NCBI GenBank assembly: GCA_048885925.1
Contig: JBHLLG010000038.1
Span: 1-25,404, forward strand
DNA: 25,404 nt
Direction: 5' to 3'
Source of the DNA: Candidatus Hermodarchaeota archaeon
GTDB taxonomy: Archaea > Asgardarchaeota > Lokiarchaeia > Sigyniarchaeales > SOKP01
Both the position numbers and the translations under genes were made by a program. The notes under the pieces are model-generated. The model was not told the DNA's origin. It searched no databases and saw only the letters and a list, made by a program, of their open reading frames with translations. Positions 16,815 through 25,404 of the stretch are shown piece after piece; position 1 is the stretch's first letter, and every line of letters begins with the position of its first letter.

Positions 16815-18002
16815 ATGAAATCAAATCAAAAAAGAAAAATATTTAATTTGTTAACTTTAGGAATCATCTTGGTTTTTTCTATTGTTATTAGCTCTAGACT
16901 CAATTTAATTGTTGGAACTAGTTGTACAAGTATGATCCCTCCTAATGATAATTGGAAAAATAATGAAAATTTAAAACTCTCAAAGACATCGGGACCAATT
17001 TCTATTTCCGGTAATTCAGGTTGGGCTACTGCTAAAGCTAATGGTTATTGTTCGGGTGAAGGAACCTATCTAAATCCTTACGTTATAGAGGATTTAGTGA
17101 TAATTAAAGGTACTCTTGGAAAATCGGGCTCTGGTATCAGCATCTCAAATTCCTACGTTTATTTTAAGATAGAAAATTGTACTATTTCAGGTTTTAGTTA
17201 TGGAATCTCCTTATATTATGCTAACAATGGGACTTTAATTGAGAACAACTGTTCAGATAATATTTTTGGTATTGGGGCAAATCACTGTAATAATAACACA
17301 ATCACAGTAAATATCGCAAATGACAACTCAAATAGTGGAATATTCTTAGATAACTCCTTAAACCATATAGTTAGGGGAAATAACGTTAGTAGAAATACTG
17401 AAATTGGGTTATATATCCAGAATTCTAATGGTAATCTAATGTTCGAAAATTACGCCATAGATAATGCTTGGTCAAATTCATGGGATGATGAATTAGATAA
17501 TAATTGGGACAATGGAATAATTGGTAATTATTGGTCGGATTACACAGGTGTCGATGCTAATGACGATGGGATTGGAGATACTCCTTATGATATTATGGGA
17601 GAAGAAGGTGTTCAAGACAATTTCCCGATTTGGTGGGATCCTCCAATATTATCTATTATTTCACCAACTATGAATGAGACATTTGGAAAAAGTGCTCCTA
17701 AATATAATCTTTCTGTTGAGGGATTACCTCATACAATGTGGTGTGAAATAGAAGGTGTTAGTGGAATTTTACAACTTACAGAATTAACTGGAAAAATCAA
17801 CCAAGACACATGGAATAACTTAACCGAAGGAGATATCACTATAACATTTTATGTTCAAGATAATAGGGGTGAAACTGACTCTGAAAGCATAGTTGTAAAA
17901 AAAAATATTATTGATCGTATTCCTGGATATAATCTATTGTTTCTCCTTGGTATTATTTCCGTAATCGCAATCATTATAATTAAGAAAGTAAGGAAATTGT
18001 GA
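16815..18002 (+). CDS. Surface protein with NosD/pectin-lyase-like parallel beta-helix, Ig-like domain and Loki-CTERM-like C-terminal anchor
   Basis: Signal peptide; GxGTxxNPYVIEDL, GISL/GIFL..S.N repeats, NNWDNG..GNYWSDY.G.DANDDGIGDTPY; C-terminus IPGYNLLFLLGIISVIAIIIIKKVRK. Confidence 0.88.
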   Translation: MKSNQKRKIFNLLTLGIILVFSIVISSRLNLIVGTSCTSMIPPNDNWKNNENLKLSKTSGPISISGNSGWATAKANGYCSGEGTYLNPYVIEDLVIIKGTLGKSGSGISISNSYVYFKIENCTISGFSYGISLYYANNGTLIENNCSDNIFGIGANHCNNNTITVNIANDNSNSGIFLDNSLNHIVRGNNVSRNTEIGLYIQNSNGNLMFENYAIDNAWSNSWDDELDNNWDNGIIGNYWSDYTGVDANDDGIGDTPYDIMGEEGVQDNFPIWWDPPILSIISPTMNETFGKSAPKYNLSVEGLPHTMWCEIEGVSGILQLTELTGKINQDTWNNLTEGDITITFYVQDNRGETDSESIVVKKNIIDRIPGYNLLFLLGIISVIAIIIIKKVRKL

Positions 18003-18061
18003 GAAATAAATTATAATCAAAATTAAATTTCTTTTTTTCAAAACTTAATTCAATTCAAATA

Positions 18062-19072
18062 TTATTTTTCTTCCTTTTTACCAAACTTCTCATATTTATT
18101 GTGAGAAGATTTGAGGTTAACAAGTGTAATGCCCAAAATGACAAAAAATAGGGCAAAGGGGTAGATAAAAACATCGAATTGTTCTTGTAAAAATAGAGCA
18201 GAGAAAACAACTCCAAATAAGGGGACTAATGTTTGAAATATTGCTGCTCTGCTTGCATCTAAGCGTTTAACTCCTTCTAAATAGAAAGTATAAGCTCCAA
18301 CTGTAGATAGGAACGCTAAATATGCAATTCCAATCCATATTCGAGGTGGAATGCTTAGGTACTCCAATGGATTAAGAAATTCCGGACTAATAATAAAAGA
18401 TATAGGAGTAGTTATTAAAAATCCAAAAAAAGAGATCCAAGTGATTATCCATAAAGAGCTTGGTTTATGTAATTTAGGATTATTATTAGTTTTATTCAGA
18501 AAATAACGGTATGTAACAGTATAAGTGGCATAAGCAAACGCTGCCATTAAAATTAAAATATCTCCAAGCAATCGATTTGAGACATCTATGTTTGGAGAAA
18601 ACCCTACAATAATTATGACAGCAGTAAAAGCCATTATGGTTCCAATCAATTTTTTCCAGTTGAAGAACTCTGTTTTCAAAAATATACTGGAAAGAATTAC
18701 TACCCAAATAGCATTTGTAGTGACAATGATACTAGCATCACTAGCAGCAGTAAAAATTTCTCCTATAAGATAACCTGTTTGATAAATAGTTACAGACAGT
18801 AATCCCATTAGTGTTAAAATTTTCCAATTTTTTTTAGCAAATTGCCAATTTAAAGATCCTTCTTTATACTTAAGTATAAGAAAAAAGCAAGTTATAGCTA
18901 AGAAATAACGAATAACTGCAATCATAAATGGGGGAATGGTTTCTCCTCCAACCTCTTTAGACACTAACCATCGACCTAATGGCCAGGTACCACCCCAGAT
19001 AACAGCAGTTAAAATTAATAATATATAAGCAATGATTTCCAGTCTTCTATTACTATTTGAGTTCGAATTCAC
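18062..19072 (-). CDS. EamA/DMT family transporter
   Basis: About 10 hydrophobic segments in two repeats; motifs IWGGTWP..R, RY.LA, LGDILIL.AA..YA.Y, GVKRL.ASRAAIF..LVP.FG. Confidence 0.92.
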   Translation of the reverse strand: MNSNSNSNRRLEIIAYILLILTAVIWGGTWPLGRWLVSKEVGGETIPPFMIAVIRYFLAITCFFLILKYKEGSLNWQFAKKNWKILTLMGLLSVTIYQTGYLIGEIFTAASDASIIVTTNAIWVVILSSIFLKTEFFNWKKLIGTIMAFTAVIIIVGFSPNIDVSNRLLGDILILMAAFAYATYTVTYRYFLNKTNNNPKLHKPSSLWIITWISFFGFLITTPISFIISPEFLNPLEYLSIPPRIWIGIAYLAFLSTVGAYTFYLEGVKRLDASRAAIFQTLVPLFGVVFSALFLQEQFDVFIYPFALFFVILGITLVNLKSSHNKYEKFGKKEEK

Positions 19073-19124
19073 TTTAAGTTCAATTGTATAAAATCTTTAT
19101 TATCTAAAATAATTATGTTTATCT

Positions 19125-20462
19125 TTATTTTCCTATAAGATAAATAAGGCCATTTGCTATTGAACCTCGCCAACAAACAAAGTCATGACCACCAAGAAAT
19201 TCCTCATAATGAACAGGATATTCCTTAGCTTGTAAAACGGTACGGAAATGACGGTTAGAAATAAATAAATTGGTGGGATCTGCTTCTTCAAGTACGCCTA
19301 CATCAAGATAAAATTTTAAAGGTAATCTTTCCTTCTGAGCAAACTGACGAGCGAGCCAATCTGACTCCTCTTCATCTTTTTTTGTCCACCAATGCTCGAA
19401 ATTTTCAAGATCCTTTATTCTATTTACCCAAAAGTCTGCACCTGGATACCAAGAATAAGCTCCTGACATAGATAAGACATTACCAAAGATCTCTGGATGT
19501 TTAAATCCTATATATGTAGATGCAATTCCTCCATAGCTAGCTCCAGCAATAACCGACTGAGAAGGATTAGTACTGATATTAAAGTTTTCATGAACCCATG
19601 GTATCAATTCTGTAATAATATATTTTAAAAATTTCGGATTAGGGGGCAACTCTCCAGCCCTTTGAGCTATGCTAGTAGATAGGAAATTTTCTACCATAAT
19701 AGCAACCATAGGAGGAATTCTATCATCTGAAATAAGATTATCAAGAGTAGAGGATACTTTTGCTATTTCTTCAAACAAAATTCCATCAAATAATAAAAGA
19801 TAATGATAAGGAGAATGCTCTTTAGTATAATTTGGGGGCGTACAAACCAAAACTTTACGCTTTTTATTTAATATTTTACTATGGGATGTAAACTCTTCTA
19901 CTTTACCATGAGCAATATTAGGTCTTTCTCCATACCAAAGTTGTGGGATTGCTTCAGGAGATTCAAATTCATTCAATGACATTTGGATGCCATCCACTTT
20001 GAATTGATAGAGTTTTGAATTGAATGGGTCAGAAAAAGCCAACTTTATGTGCTTAAAAACATTTTCAAAAGGATCTTTTGGTTCAAGTGGATTATTTTTA
20101 CTAAAAAAATATGTATCTCGTATAGCTTTACGAATTTTATATGATTTAAAATAAATATCTGTATCCTCGAATCTCTCTAATATGCCCTTTTTTATATCTT
20201 CAGTAACAAATAAATTGAAACAAAAGATGTTTTCTACCAAATGTTCTTCCCGAACCAGAAAGGTAATAATGTTAAATTCATTATCTCCTTCAATTTCTTC
20301 AAAAACAGGGGTTCCTTTTTTTTCAATTTCTTCCCAGAATTTCGAAACTGCTTCCTTTTTGTTTATTTTGATATCATCTCGAAGTCTTGATATCATAGGA
20401 CTTACAATCTTTGAACTATTACTCATATTTAACATGATTTCTCTTTTTTTTAAACCTCTCAA
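19125..20462 (-). CDS. Enterochelin esterase (Fes)-like alpha/beta hydrolase with N-terminal DUF3327-like region
   Basis: FW......GTP..E N-terminus, DPFN, LLLFDG, LDNLI....IPP, nucleophile GASYGG, FGNVLSMSG, YLDVGVLE, GGHDFVCWRG. The true start may be a downstream ATG (20435 or 20426). Confidence 0.88.
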   Translation of the reverse strand: MRGLKKREIMLNMSNSSKIVSPMISRLRDDIKINKKEAVSKFWEEIEKKGTPVFEEIEGDNEFNIITFLVREEHLVENIFCFNLFVTEDIKKGILERFEDTDIYFKSYKIRKAIRDTYFFSKNNPLEPKDPFENVFKHIKLAFSDPFNSKLYQFKVDGIQMSLNEFESPEAIPQLWYGERPNIAHGKVEEFTSHSKILNKKRKVLVCTPPNYTKEHSPYHYLLLFDGILFEEIAKVSSTLDNLISDDRIPPMVAIMVENFLSTSIAQRAGELPPNPKFLKYIITELIPWVHENFNISTNPSQSVIAGASYGGIASTYIGFKHPEIFGNVLSMSGAYSWYPGADFWVNRIKDLENFEHWWTKKDEEESDWLARQFAQKERLPLKFYLDVGVLEEADPTNLFISNRHFRTVLQAKEYPVHYEEFLGGHDFVCWRGSIANGLIYLIGK

Positions 20463-20590
20463 TCCTTTATAAGCTTTACCTCCATAAATCCGTTCTCCAC
20501 AGATATCTAAAAGTATTAAAATATCACATAAAAAAGCAATTCTTAAGTAAAATTAGTGTAAGTTAAGGAAAAAGAGATATTATCCCATTA

Positions 20591-21241
20591 TTAATTATTA
20601 TTTTCATACCATTTTCTAATCAATTCATGTTTCTTAATATATCTAAGAAGATAAAGAGTAATAAAAAATGTAATTAAGGTTTCAATTATCCATATAAGTT
20701 GATAGACTGTTAAATTACGTTCAATTTGGATTTGTCCAATATTAATTGTACCAAAATCAATAATCGAGTATAATAGTATGTCGGGAGACTGAAGTATTAC
20801 AGGAAAAAAAAGTTCTATTGTTTCATGGGCAGGAAGATCCAGTAAAAGATGAGTAAGGCCTCCAATTAAAGCAGAGTAAGAGGCAACAACAAAAAATCTT
20901 TTATTAAACGTCTTTTTCTTTAAAATATCCCATTCTTCAATACCAAAGTATTTCATTGGCTTGTATATAGCACTATCTCTTTTAGCAAGCTTAGCGAGAA
21001 ATGGTGCAACATAAATACAAAAGAATATTGAGAATATTATAGTCAATGGTATTGTAAATAGCCCTAATCCTAATAAACTATGGGTAAAATCTCTGAAATT
21101 AAATGGTAAAAAGGTTTCAAATATAATATTAATATCAGGTACAAAAGCACTAATACATAAAGCTGTTCCATCAAATTTCTTTGGATACTTTATTTTTAAT
21201 ATTAACCCTGGAGCTTGATGAGAGAATATACTGCTTGGCAT
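20591..21241 (-). CDS. DUF4184/YdjM-like membrane-bound putative metal-dependent hydrolase
   Basis: MPS..FSH, PD, THS and THLLLD..H motifs with intervening TM helices. Confidence 0.78.
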   Translation of the reverse strand: MPSSIFSHQAPGLILKIKYPKKFDGTALCISAFVPDINIIFETFLPFNFRDFTHSLLGLGLFTIPLTIIFSIFFCIYVAPFLAKLAKRDSAIYKPMKYFGIEEWDILKKKTFNKRFFVVASYSALIGGLTHLLLDLPAHETIELFFPVILQSPDILLYSIIDFGTINIGQIQIERNLTVYQLIWIIETLITFFITLYLLRYIKKHELIRKWYENNN

Positions 21242-21285
21242 TTGACTATATTACTATTTTCATTTGTATAATTTTTATAATAAAT

Positions 21286-22101
21286 TTAACTTTTTGAAAA
21301 CCCTCCGTGATGAAACGCAATTTCATACTCTAGATTTAGATTCTTACAATATTCATCAATTTCTAATTCAATTAAATCCCATTGAGAATTATCATTTCTA
21401 AATTTCTTATAGAGGGGTAGAAGCTTAGGATAATTCTCTTCTATTATTTTAAATATTCTTGGAATATTATGGGGTCTAAAGTTCAAATTTTCAAACATAT
21501 AAGAATCAGTATAGTCAATACTCTTTTCAATAATTTCTTTATAATTAGTGATCTTCGGAAAAAAAGGAGAAATGAAGGTATAAGTCTTAATTCCATGATC
21601 ATGAATTTCTTTAAGTGCTTCTATCCTTTCTCTTGGTCTGGAAGCACCTCGTTCAATGATTTTTGCGAATTCTTGATCTAATGTACTAATTGAGAATCCT
21701 ACTTCTAAATTGCCAAACCTTTTGAATAAATCAATATCTCTTACCACAAATTTAGATTTGGTTAATATCGATATATGGGCAGTAGTACCAACTAATTTTT
21801 CTAAAATTTTCCTTGTATTTTGATATTTCAATTCTAAAGGAATATATGGGTCGGTAACAGAACTAAGTAAAAGCCTCTTATTATTATATTTTTGTGGTTT
21901 AATTCTATTAAAATCAAATTGTTTTATATCTAAAAATTGCCCCCATTTATCTCCCTTATGATTGGTAAATCTAATCATAAATTCAGCATAACAATAAATA
22001 CAACCATGTTGGCACCCTGTATAGGGATTAATAACATAGTCTACTGATGGAATATTACTCTTTGTTATAATGTTTTTAGCTTCTCGAAAATTTATTTTCA
22101 T
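21286..22101 (-). CDS. Radical SAM protein, SplB/Rv2578c-like (DNA-repair photolyase-related)
   Basis: INPYTGCQHGCIYCYA (CxxxCxxC), SSVTDPY, ILTKS..V.RDID, E.GAS.P.ER, SPFFP. Confidence 0.88.
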   Translation of the reverse strand: MKINFREAKNIITKSNIPSVDYVINPYTGCQHGCIYCYAEFMIRFTNHKGDKWGQFLDIKQFDFNRIKPQKYNNKRLLLSSVTDPYIPLELKYQNTRKILEKLVGTTAHISILTKSKFVVRDIDLFKRFGNLEVGFSISTLDQEFAKIIERGASRPRERIEALKEIHDHGIKTYTFISPFFPKITNYKEIIEKSIDYTDSYMFENLNFRPHNIPRIFKIIEENYPKLLPLYKKFRNDNSQWDLIELEIDEYCKNLNLEYEIAFHHGGFSKS

Positions 22102-22237
22102 TTTTTTATTCTCAAAAGGAGATATATTAACAATGTATTTAAGACGTTTTAAAAAATAATCTCTTTTAAAATGAAACTCATTCCCCGAAAGATATTAAAA
22201 AATAAATGTATATGAACTTATTTTATTGATTAATTAT

Positions 22238-22882
22238 TTATGTACGTGTAGTCAGATTAAGCAGTTTGAGGAACTGTTTCATGAATTCAGGCAAGGCAAG
22301 CCATGATGGTGCTGTTACTAAATATCCATCAGTGAAAGTCATATTTGGTGGATAATCATCTTCTATTATTGCACCTTGTAAAGAACACACAAGAGCAACC
22401 GAAGGATATGGATACATTTTTTTACCACGTAAGTAATCCATATTTTTATTAGCAGCGTTACTATAAGCTAAAACTTGAGGTCCGTGACAAATTGCTCCTA
22501 TTGGTTTATTTTTTCCCATAAAATGCGATACAAGCTTATGAATCTCTGGAAGTAAAGATAAATATTCTGGAGCTCTACCACCAGGAATGATAAGGCCATC
22601 ATAATTCTTTATTTCCTCCTCTAAATTTTCCCAGTTAAAATCATGATCTAATCTATAAGGATGTCCAAGTGATTCTGAATAAGTTACAGGCTTTCCTTTT
22701 AAAGCTAACTCCCAATCCTCTATAGAAATATAATGAATAGCTGTTTTGATGAAATCCCCTTTTCCCTTCCCAGGACAAATAATTTTAACTTCACATCCAA
22801 ACATAGAGAGAATAGAATACGGAACCATTAATTCATAATCATCTACAAAATCTCCCGTCAAAATTAGAATTTTTTGAGTCAT
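22238..22882 (-). CDS. DJ-1/PfpI family protein (divergent)
   Basis: KILILTGDFVDDYE, TAIH, TYSE..GH, YDGLIIPGGRAPEYL, nucleophile AICHGPQ, DG.LVTA. Confidence 0.9.
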   Translation of the reverse strand: MTQKILILTGDFVDDYELMVPYSILSMFGCEVKIICPGKGKGDFIKTAIHYISIEDWELALKGKPVTYSESLGHPYRLDHDFNWENLEEEIKNYDGLIIPGGRAPEYLSLLPEIHKLVSHFMGKNKPIGAICHGPQVLAYSNAANKNMDYLRGKKMYPYPSVALVCSLQGAIIEDDYPPNMTFTDGYLVTAPSWLALPEFMKQFLKLLNLTTRT

Positions 22883-23158
22883 GAAATTAAATTTTAAAAA
22901 ATGAAATTAAAATATTTACCTATCTTCCGATAAGATTTCGGATTATTTTGAATTCTTTCAGCATTTTATTCTATCACTTTTTTACTCCCTTCAAAAGAAA
23001 ATAGTAGAATGAGTAGGTATTTTGAAACTATAATCACCTATATAAGGTTTTTATTAAAATTAGCCTATCTAAAAAACTAAAAAATTCTTATAAATTTTTT
23101 AGGTTTAAATTTTATGCGTAAAGATAAAATGAGGTTTTAATTCCATTTTTAGGAATAT

Positions 23159-23173
23159 TATAGTACTACTATA
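23159..23173. promoter_or_regulatory. Perfect 7-1-7 palindrome TATAGTA-C-TACTATA, candidate transcription-factor site
   Basis: Read directly in the intergenic region between the divergent genes 22882(-) and 23284(+). Confidence 0.35.
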
Positions 23174-23283
23174 GCGGTTCGGGATTACCATGGGACTTCT
23201 CTCTTAAAAACTATAAATAAAATCGGGAGATCATATCTTATTGATCATCAATTCGATGATCCTTGAAATCTAGAAAAAAATAG

Positions 23284-24060
23284 ATGAAAAAAATGAAAAA
23301 AACTTCGAGGTTGCTAACATTAGCAACGCTAGGAATCTTCATTTTCAGCTTCATATTTACTGGTGCAGCAAGTGAAGGAAGGGTTACTAAAAGACCGATA
23401 GAGGATTGGTTAGATCCAAATTATGCCGCTTTACCTTGGGGCGAAGAAAATTGGGCTTTTAGTGATTTTTTCAGTCCCTATTCTTACTTAGTGTGTAAAA
23501 TGGGGTTCCCTTGGCCTAAAGCCGGTGCAATACCATGGTTTGTAAACGATATGGTGTATGAAAATAGTTTAGTAATAGGAGATACAATAATTAATGGACA
23601 TATTACAGAGCGAGAGTTAAAAGATGGAACAGCTTTAATAATTTTGCAGATAGATGTAAAAAATGCACCTTTAACGGTTTATGACTTTTTTGATTTCATG
23701 TTCTATTGTTATGGTTGGACAGATAAGCCCCAAGCAGTATTAGGTGATGGAGAGGATGGGTATGTAGATTACAAAGTAGTCGTCAAATTTATTATCCCTG
23801 AACCTGGAGCAGAGTTACCAAATGTATTTGATATATGGTATCCTTATATCTCGTGTAATATTCATGGTATTGGTTATGGAACATTGACAGAACGTGCCGT
23901 TGAACTTGGATTTGCTGAAACTGCTGGTGCACCAGGAATGGTAGAAATACACCAAAATGTACTTTATAAACCCGATCTTAAAGAGGGTCATCCTAAATAT
24001 GATCCCTCTTTTGGCGATTTATACCCAGTTGAGATAGTGGAAGTATATGAACTGAGCTGA
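23284..24060 (+). CDS. Secreted protein of unknown function
   Basis: KKMKK plus hydrophobic stretch ending TGAAS (signal peptide). The mature part is aromatic/Gly/Pro-rich and beta-like; no family recognised. Confidence 0.8.
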   Translation: MKKMKKTSRLLTLATLGIFIFSFIFTGAASEGRVTKRPIEDWLDPNYAALPWGEENWAFSDFFSPYSYLVCKMGFPWPKAGAIPWFVNDMVYENSLVIGDTIINGHITERELKDGTALIILQIDVKNAPLTVYDFFDFMFYCYGWTDKPQAVLGDGEDGYVDYKVVVKFIIPEPGAELPNVFDIWYPYISCNIHGIGYGTLTERAVELGFAETAGAPGMVEIHQNVLYKPDLKEGHPKYDPSFGDLYPVEIVEVYELS

Positions 24061-24113
24061 AAACAAAATAAATAGAGAGGAGAATCAGTTGAAAATAAAA
24101 ATATCTAATTTAA

Positions 24114-24205
24114 ATATAGAAAAAGGAGGAAAAAGTTTAGATTAATAGCTTCTGGAATGACCACATCTAAACCAATTTTCCTCCATTCTCTATATATTTT
24201 TTTTT
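24114..24205 (+). terminator. Long imperfect stem-loop followed by oligo-T
   Basis: 24114-24142 ATATAGAAAAAGGAGGAAAAAGTTTAGAT pairs with 24165-24195 ATCTAAACCAATTTTCCTCCATTCTCTATAT around a 22-nt loop; T9 at 24197-24205. Confidence 0.6.
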
Positions 24206-24315
24206 AATTTAAATTTTAATTTGATGATTTAATGATTTAGAAATATTAATAATCTTTTTATAATTAGAAATCTAAACTTATTTTAAACATAATCCTATAT
24301 TATTCATTCAAGTTA

Positions 24316-24867
24316 ATGGGAAATCCTGGTAAGAAGTTAAAATTTAAAATTACAGTAATAGGGGATGGTAGAGTTGGAAAAACATCCCTAATTAAGAAAT
24401 TCACACTAGGTACTTTTGAAACGGATTATGTTGAAACTATTGGTGCCCAATTTTCAAAATTCGATAAAGAAATAGAAAAAGATCATATTCGGTTATTATT
24501 TTGGGATATCGCAGGACAACGAGAACTCGATTTCTTGCGCCCATCATTCTATAGAGAAAGCAATACGGCTATTATTGTATATAGCCTTGAAGAAAACGAT
24601 GTTGGAAGAAATAGTTTTAATCATATTCATAATTGGCAAGAGGAAATTAAACGCTTTTGTGGGAATATCCCTATTGTGCTCTTCGCAAATAAGATTGATT
24701 TAATTGATATAAATAAATTGGATCAATCTAATATACAAAAGATTGTAGAGAAACTCGATTTTTTAGATTACTATTTAACCTCAGCTAAAACAGGTCAAGG
24801 AGTACATGAAGCATTTGAGAGTATTATTAAGAAATTGTATTTTAATTCTGATGGAATTAAAGAATAA
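24316..24867 (+). CDS. Rab-like small GTPase (Ras superfamily)
   Basis: FKITVIGDGRVGKTS (G1), Y.ETIG..F (G2/RabF1-like), LLFWDIAGQ (G3), SFYRE (RabF4-like), NKID (G4), TSAKTG (G5). No C-terminal Cys. Confidence 0.93.
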   Translation: MGNPGKKLKFKITVIGDGRVGKTSLIKKFTLGTFETDYVETIGAQFSKFDKEIEKDHIRLLFWDIAGQRELDFLRPSFYRESNTAIIVYSLEENDVGRNSFNHIHNWQEEIKRFCGNIPIVLFANKIDLIDINKLDQSNIQKIVEKLDFLDYYLTSAKTGQGVHEAFESIIKKLYFNSDGIKE

Positions 24868-24934
24868 TCAAGAATTTATAATGATATTTCATAAAAGCAT
24901 ACTTATCATTTCATATTATAGGTGATTCTAAAAA

Positions 24935-25404
24935 ATTTTACTTATTATATATGACCCTTTAGAACGTTTCTTTTCGAGTATGGCTATTACTATATTAATT
25001 ATTTGTAGTATTTTCTATATAAATCAAAGTCGAAAAAAAGAAAATGAACATGAAAAGAGATTAATGTATGCATTCGCAAGCTTCTGGTTTAGTATTGCTT
25101 TAGCAAGAACGTACTTTTATTTTTCTGATTTTTTTTTAGAAGGAACTTATACAGGAGACTTAAGTATTATTTTTCAAACTTTCGATATCGTAAATTATAT
25201 TTTTTTATACTTATATTTATACATTTTTATTTATATTATGCTTAATGTTACTTTTTTAATTTTTTTCTTTATTTGGTTTTCTATTAAGGCTAAAAAAGAA
25301 TTTCAATTATTATCTTCGATGATGACTATTGGTTTTGCTACATTTTTAATTGGTTTGGTTTTTGAAACAAACCTAATTAAGATCTTGAATGTAATTCCTC
25401 CAGC
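24935..25404 (+). CDS. 3'-truncated multi-pass membrane protein (missing from the ORF track because it has no stop in the window)
   Basis: Frame is open from 24932 to the window end: ILLIIYDPLERFFSSMAITILIICSIFYINQSRKKENEHEKRLMYAFASFWFSIALARTYFYFSDFFLEGTY..., with at least 4 hydrophobic segments. First ATG is 24980; GGTGA at 24921-24925 precedes ATT 24935, so the start is uncertain. Confidence 0.75.
   Translation, partial: MLLIIYDPLERFFSSMAITILIICSIFYINQSRKKENEHEKRLMYAFASFWFSIALARTYFYFSDFFLEGTYTGDLSIIFQTFDIVNYIFLYLYLYIFIYIMLNVTFLIFFFIWFSIKAKKEFQLLSSMMTIGFATFLIGLVFETNLIKILNVIPP

Noticed and set aside
20463-20522. In-frame coding-looking stretch upstream of the esterase (LDICGERIYGGKAYKG)
   Set aside because: It is bounded by a stop with no start codon and is too short to assign; it may be chance or a tiny remnant.
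10185-21681. Other short overlapping ORFs (10185..10373, 13203..13433, 18492..18707, 18588..18773, 20182..20472, 21469..21681)
   Set aside because: Each lies within or opposite a well-supported gene, with no motifs or RBS.
21286-22101. Calling the radical SAM gene splB (true spore photoproduct lyase)
   Set aside because: Motifs fit the broader SplB-like/Rv2578c group and there is no sporulation context, so no gene symbol is given.
24058-24195. TGA stop plus downstream hairpin as a selenocysteine codon with a eukaryote-like SECIS (known in Lokiarchaeia)
   Set aside because: The only ATGA lies in the loop rather than at the base of an upper helix, and I see no GA/GA quartet with an apical AAR. 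Read-through would add only U-K-Q-N-K, with no redox motif.

Overview
AT-rich (roughly 28-30% GC by eye), gene-dense window that reads like an Asgard archaeon (Lokiarchaeia/Promethearchaeia). This is an inference from the Rag-type and Rab-type small GTPases, roadblock and longin-like domains, a Loki-CTERM-like sorting signal and GGTG/GAGG ribosome-binding motifs. The left half (1-11407) holds two tandem paralogous giant membrane-anchored surface proteins. The complete one has 3x DUF2341-like/LamG modules, 7 Ig-like repeats, an FN3-like domain, a TM helix and a ~230-aa helical cytoplasmic tail. It is followed 21 bp and then 16 bp later by a RagA/Gtr1-like GTPase with a C-terminal roadblock domain and a uDENN/longin-like protein with Arg residues where NPRL2/FLCN carry their arginine finger. 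This is a candidate 'surface receptor - Rag GTPase - longin GAP' module and the best candidate for an undescribed system here. Converging on it are a coiled-coil/Zn-ribbon/roadblock protein, a response regulator with a hidden N-terminal ribbon-helix-helix domain (likely ATT start) and a cytoplasmic multi-PAS histidine kinase. The right half is mostly ordinary: NosD-type beta-helix surface protein, EamA transporter, Fes-like esterase, DUF4184-like protein, SplB-like radical SAM, divergent DJ-1/PfpI, a secreted unknown, a Rab-like GTPase and a truncated membrane protein. I saw no rRNA, tRNA, CRISPR array or transposase. All family calls are motif recognition by eye, not database searches.
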